DNA of 64,000 bases from Saccostrea echinata (Eukaryota): positions 7,192,001 to 7,256,000 of the forward strand of contig NW_026889761.1 of NCBI RefSeq assembly GCF_033153115.1, given 5' to 3'. Each line of letters starts with the position of its first letter. Positions within the stretch are counted from its first letter, which is position 1. The translations under genes and the position numbers were made by a program. The notes under the pieces were generated by a model. The model did no database searches. It was not told the origin of the DNA and saw only the letters and a list, made by a program, of their open reading frames with translations. Below, piece after piece: positions 60,333 to 64,000 of this stretch.

Positions 60333-63300
60333 GGGCAAGGATCAACTATTTGTAAATAATAACGGCCGTCACAGTGAAAAAAAAATGTGTCAATATTTTT
60401 ACAATTTTTCTAGTTGAAAACATCTATAGTCATATCTTCCTTCATGAATTAAAAAAGAAAAGATAATTGTGTTTTTATTTTTTAAGAAAATCGCATCCAA
60501 ATTTAGGTGATCAAAAAGTGACGGGCGTTATGTTGACACAGTTAATGCGAATTTTGAAGGTTTTTTCGCCCTCCTCGAAACGTTAAAAAAACCACCACAT
60601 GCATGAATCTGACCACACTTTCACTTGGAATGAATTAGACAGCTTTTTATGACCTATCTGTGAAATAAATAAGGCACAATTAATCGTGACGGAGGTGACG
60701 TCAAATTCTCTTGCTGTAGCATTTTCATCATTCTTACTTTCTGCAAAGAAATCGTGTTTTCGGTGTTTTTTTTCACTACATGAGGAAATAAAACTAGTTT
60801 TTCATTTTAAAAAAGCAGAATAAGGTACATTACTTCTTCATTTAACTATTTTTTATCTTGTTTAATAAACGGATGTTATATTTGACCTTTTGACAAAAAT
60901 GGATTTTACAAATTGACAAACTAAGGTTTGCTAGTTACGGAGGTTACATTGACGCTGATTTTTAAAGCATTTCGTAAGTTTTCTTAAGAATACACATGAT
61001 TTCATACATGCAATGAAGTTTGTGTGTCAAATATTTACATCCAAACCTTCTGCTAATACTATAATTAAAACTACTGCAAGTATTTTCATGAATTTTTCAA
61101 GCACTGTGACGGATGCTACAATATAACGTCCGTTACGGTTTTTCATGGTAGTTACATTTTAACTCTCTACGGGCTTTGTAATTTTATTTAGTAAATTTAT
61201 TATTTGTTCTTCATTAATCAGTTAACATACAACTGAAGTTTACTGATAAAATTTTATCTTTAATAACATAATAAGAAAGAAAATTGGCATCAGCACAGAT
61301 TAAGAATGGTCAAATCATAACGGGCAATCAGCCAAGAAAATCAATAAGGAACTGGTAGCATGGCATCTGAAAAGAAAATAAATTATTTTTTTAATAATCA
61401 AAACAGCGAAAAATATGTCCATAAAATTTCCATGTTACATAATCGAATCATTGTGCTTCAGAAGTTAAGGTTTGACATTGTTTTCTGTCAAACTGTCACA
61501 TCCGTATATTTTTATGTCAGTCAAAATATAACTGCCGAACTCTATGATCGTAGTAATTCTAGAAAAATGCTTAACTTTTGTGTCAAACAATAACAATTAT
61601 AGATTTCAACACATTGGAGAACAAGGCTTGTCCATTTTATCATTAAATATTATATAAATCTTATTTAGTTATTAGCGTGACGCCTGTTATCTACTAAGAA
61701 ATGTTGACCGATAATACAAACTCACCCACTTTGCCTCCTTTTTTTGTATCATGGTCACTTTTGATGACGTATTCTGCAAATGTGTGGTAAAACTAATAGA
61801 AAAAACGAACTGGTTCTATATATCGCATATATGCAAGTCATTTTACGCCCTAGATTACGGACGTTACGAATTTGACCGACACCTGTGTACCTTTGCTAAA
61901 TTTGCGATAATTTAGTATTTAAATCCTTTACGCAGACGTTATGGGAAAGCACCTGTTGAGTATACTTTTAAGTTAAACCTAACATAAAATATTCGTATAT
62001 TTTCTATACAGTTACATACATTTCAATGTTTAAAGTCAACCCATCATGTTGACCGACACTCATAACGTCCGTTATACATTTTCAAGGCTATTTTTCTCGG
62101 GCTAATGATAACCAACTGTAATTATTTTTATCTATAATTGTAAGGTAAACATCTATCTTTTAGAATAGTCATATATAAAAAAGTATTAATTTAAGTTTTT
62201 TTTTTAAAAAAAAAAAATGCATTTTTGACACATAGGTTGGGAAATCTCTTATAAGCATGCGCAAAAGTTGGACAATTTTACACAAATTCGGTAATATTAA
62301 TTTTATTTCTTAAAATAAAAAGATTAAATTGTTCATTCTTTCTCTTTTATATTACAGAAGTATAAATACTAGGGATGTCAATTTTGTCAATCATTCATAT
62401 TCGAATATTCAATGAAAGTATTCGAATATATTCGAATATTCGATGAAATAAATAAAATCTGGTTTATTTTAAATATGTATCATCCTACTCTCATGAAAGG
62501 TTTGGCGTAGGCATTCTTATATTGGAAGTAATATTGTATGAAGACTTTTGTAGGTGTACATTAAGGAATTCCATTTGATATTTGTCAACGTTTGAAATAA
62601 ATAATTGATTTAAATGTAGAAAAGTATCAATTTACCAATGATACATGTGTATTTATAGCAACTCCAACTAGAGAACCAGTCGTCTTACCAAAGGCAAGAT
62701 AGTCGTATACTGTTTAGATTTCAATACGTGTAATTAATTACAATTATCAGCTTATAAGAGAAATGATTATAATTTTTCATACACTGTTTTTAAAATATAA
62801 ACAAATATTTCCATAGACAATTTTCCTAAGTAATTAACTGATTTCCCGATAATGAAAATAAAATTCAGGATTATGTACAACCCGAGATAATCAAGTAATT
62901 TACACATTTATTCTGAAATTGAGCCCTTTACAATATCAATTATAGACTAATTCTATCAGACACTCATTCAATGATCAATTAAATTTATTTTGATAAGTAT
63001 ACTCTTCACGTCTTTTAGCCATTCTAAGAAGGTTTTCGTTTCTAGATCCGATTGTATTTATCTAATAAAAACTATGAAAGTACATTTTGTATTATACATA
63101 AAGCATTATTGTATAATTCTTTAACACCTTACTCAAAACAAATTAATTTAGTAGATACATAAGATAAGAAAGTAGTGAAAGAAATCAGGCAATCGAATTT
63201 GATCGCTAGTAAATTAAACAGGGATAATTCCAGCACTGTTCTAATCAAAATTTAGCAAAATTTATTAATCACAGTACTTCTTTTTATGAAATCTGAAAAA

Positions 63301-63487
63301 ACACCGAATATTCGAATCTTAAATTCATATTCGAATATGAACTCATCGAATGAATATTCGAATGTTCGAATATTCGTTGACATCCCTAATAAATACAACT
63401 TTCTGAATTGCAAAAAATATATATTCTTCTTGATTTCAATTTCAAAAGTGACGGCTGTTATTATTTACAAATAGCTGATCCTTGCCC
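60333..63487. mobile_element. Non-autonomous TIR DNA transposon, 3155 bp including a nested MITE (termini and TSD fit Sola2)
   Basis: 40-bp TIRs GGGCAAGGATCAACTATTTGTAAATAATAACGGCCGTCAC (60333-60372) and 63448-63487 match 38/40. TAAA lies on both flanks. No transposase ORF. Confidence 0.8.
62370..63388. mobile_element. hAT-type non-autonomous element, 1019 bp, nested
   Basis: Perfect 12-bp TIRs TAGGGATGTCAA / TTGACATCCCTA. 8-bp TSD ATAAATAC at 62362-62369 and 63389-63396. Clustered subterminal CGAATATTCG repeats. Confidence 0.93.
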
Positions 63488-63919
63488 TAAAACATTCGGG
63501 GTTGTTTTTCCGACCTCTGACGAAAACGCCCGAGATGATGCGATTGCGGAATCAGGATTTTTAAACATCTTAATTGGCCAGTTTTGCTTATTTTGCACTC
63601 CGGGGTTTTGAAAAAATATGTGTTGATCGACATCCGAATAAAATAGTAATTAAATACAGTGCCAAATATATCATGGGCGAAAATTTGTTTTATAAAAAGT
63701 GGTTCTTACAAATAGATCTATATATGTAGATAACCCTAAATAGCTAAAAATTTATTGGTTTTGTCTATAACAGATGTTAATTTAGTTCTTAGCTGACATT
63801 AACTTACGTGTATAGATAAATATAAAAGCCATGTAATTGTAACCAAATATTCCGAAGCAATCATCCATATTTATAGGACTGATAGTTGATTAAAATTCCT
63901 CTCATCAGTTAACGTATAA

Positions 63920-63941
63920 CCCCCCCCCCCCCCCCCCCCCC
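63920..63941. repeat. Poly(C) run of 22 nt
   Basis: Homopolymer; a shorter C run lies near 60111-60123. Confidence 0.9.
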
Positions 63942-64000
63942 GAAATAGATAAAATGCTTCCCTTCAGAGGCAAAGTTTTCAATCCTTTTTTGGGGGGGGG

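Noticed and set aside
60170-63964. Short inverted similarity AGGGAAGATATTTTATCT / AGATAAAATGCTTCCCT next to poly(C) runs as outer TIRs
   Set aside because: Short, gapped and without a TSD; the window ends before it can be evaluated.

Overview
Eukaryotic, AT-rich DNA; the H2B and H1 sequences and the repeat types suggest a bivalve mollusc, probably oyster-like (inference). Bases 1-55488 are the terminal ~5 units of a tandem replication-dependent histone quintet array with the order H3> H4> <H2B H2A> [5'-truncated LINE relic>] H1> spacer [variable-length N block]. H3-to-H3 periods are 10581, 10998, 10457 and 10460 bp. All genes are intronless and end in a 3' stem-loop with a GAAAAGAT purine element exactly 14 nt downstream. 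A third shared motif, (T)TA(A/N)GAAAC(G), lies 41-49 nt downstream of the stem-loop. The units form two sequence variants arranged A, A, A/B, B, B/diverged. Unit 2 carries a 419-bp hAT-type MITE and unit 1 has a probable excision footprint at the same site. The last unit is decaying: it has a young 2.07-kb LINE insertion and an H1 pseudogene with a promoter deletion and a frameshift. The array ends abruptly at 55488. The flank (55489-64000) is transposon-derived: Helentron-like non-autonomous elements with ~156-bp internal repeats, and a 3.15-kb TIR element with a nested hAT MITE. No rRNA, intact tRNA or CRISPR array was found. All alignments were done by eye and no database searches were run.
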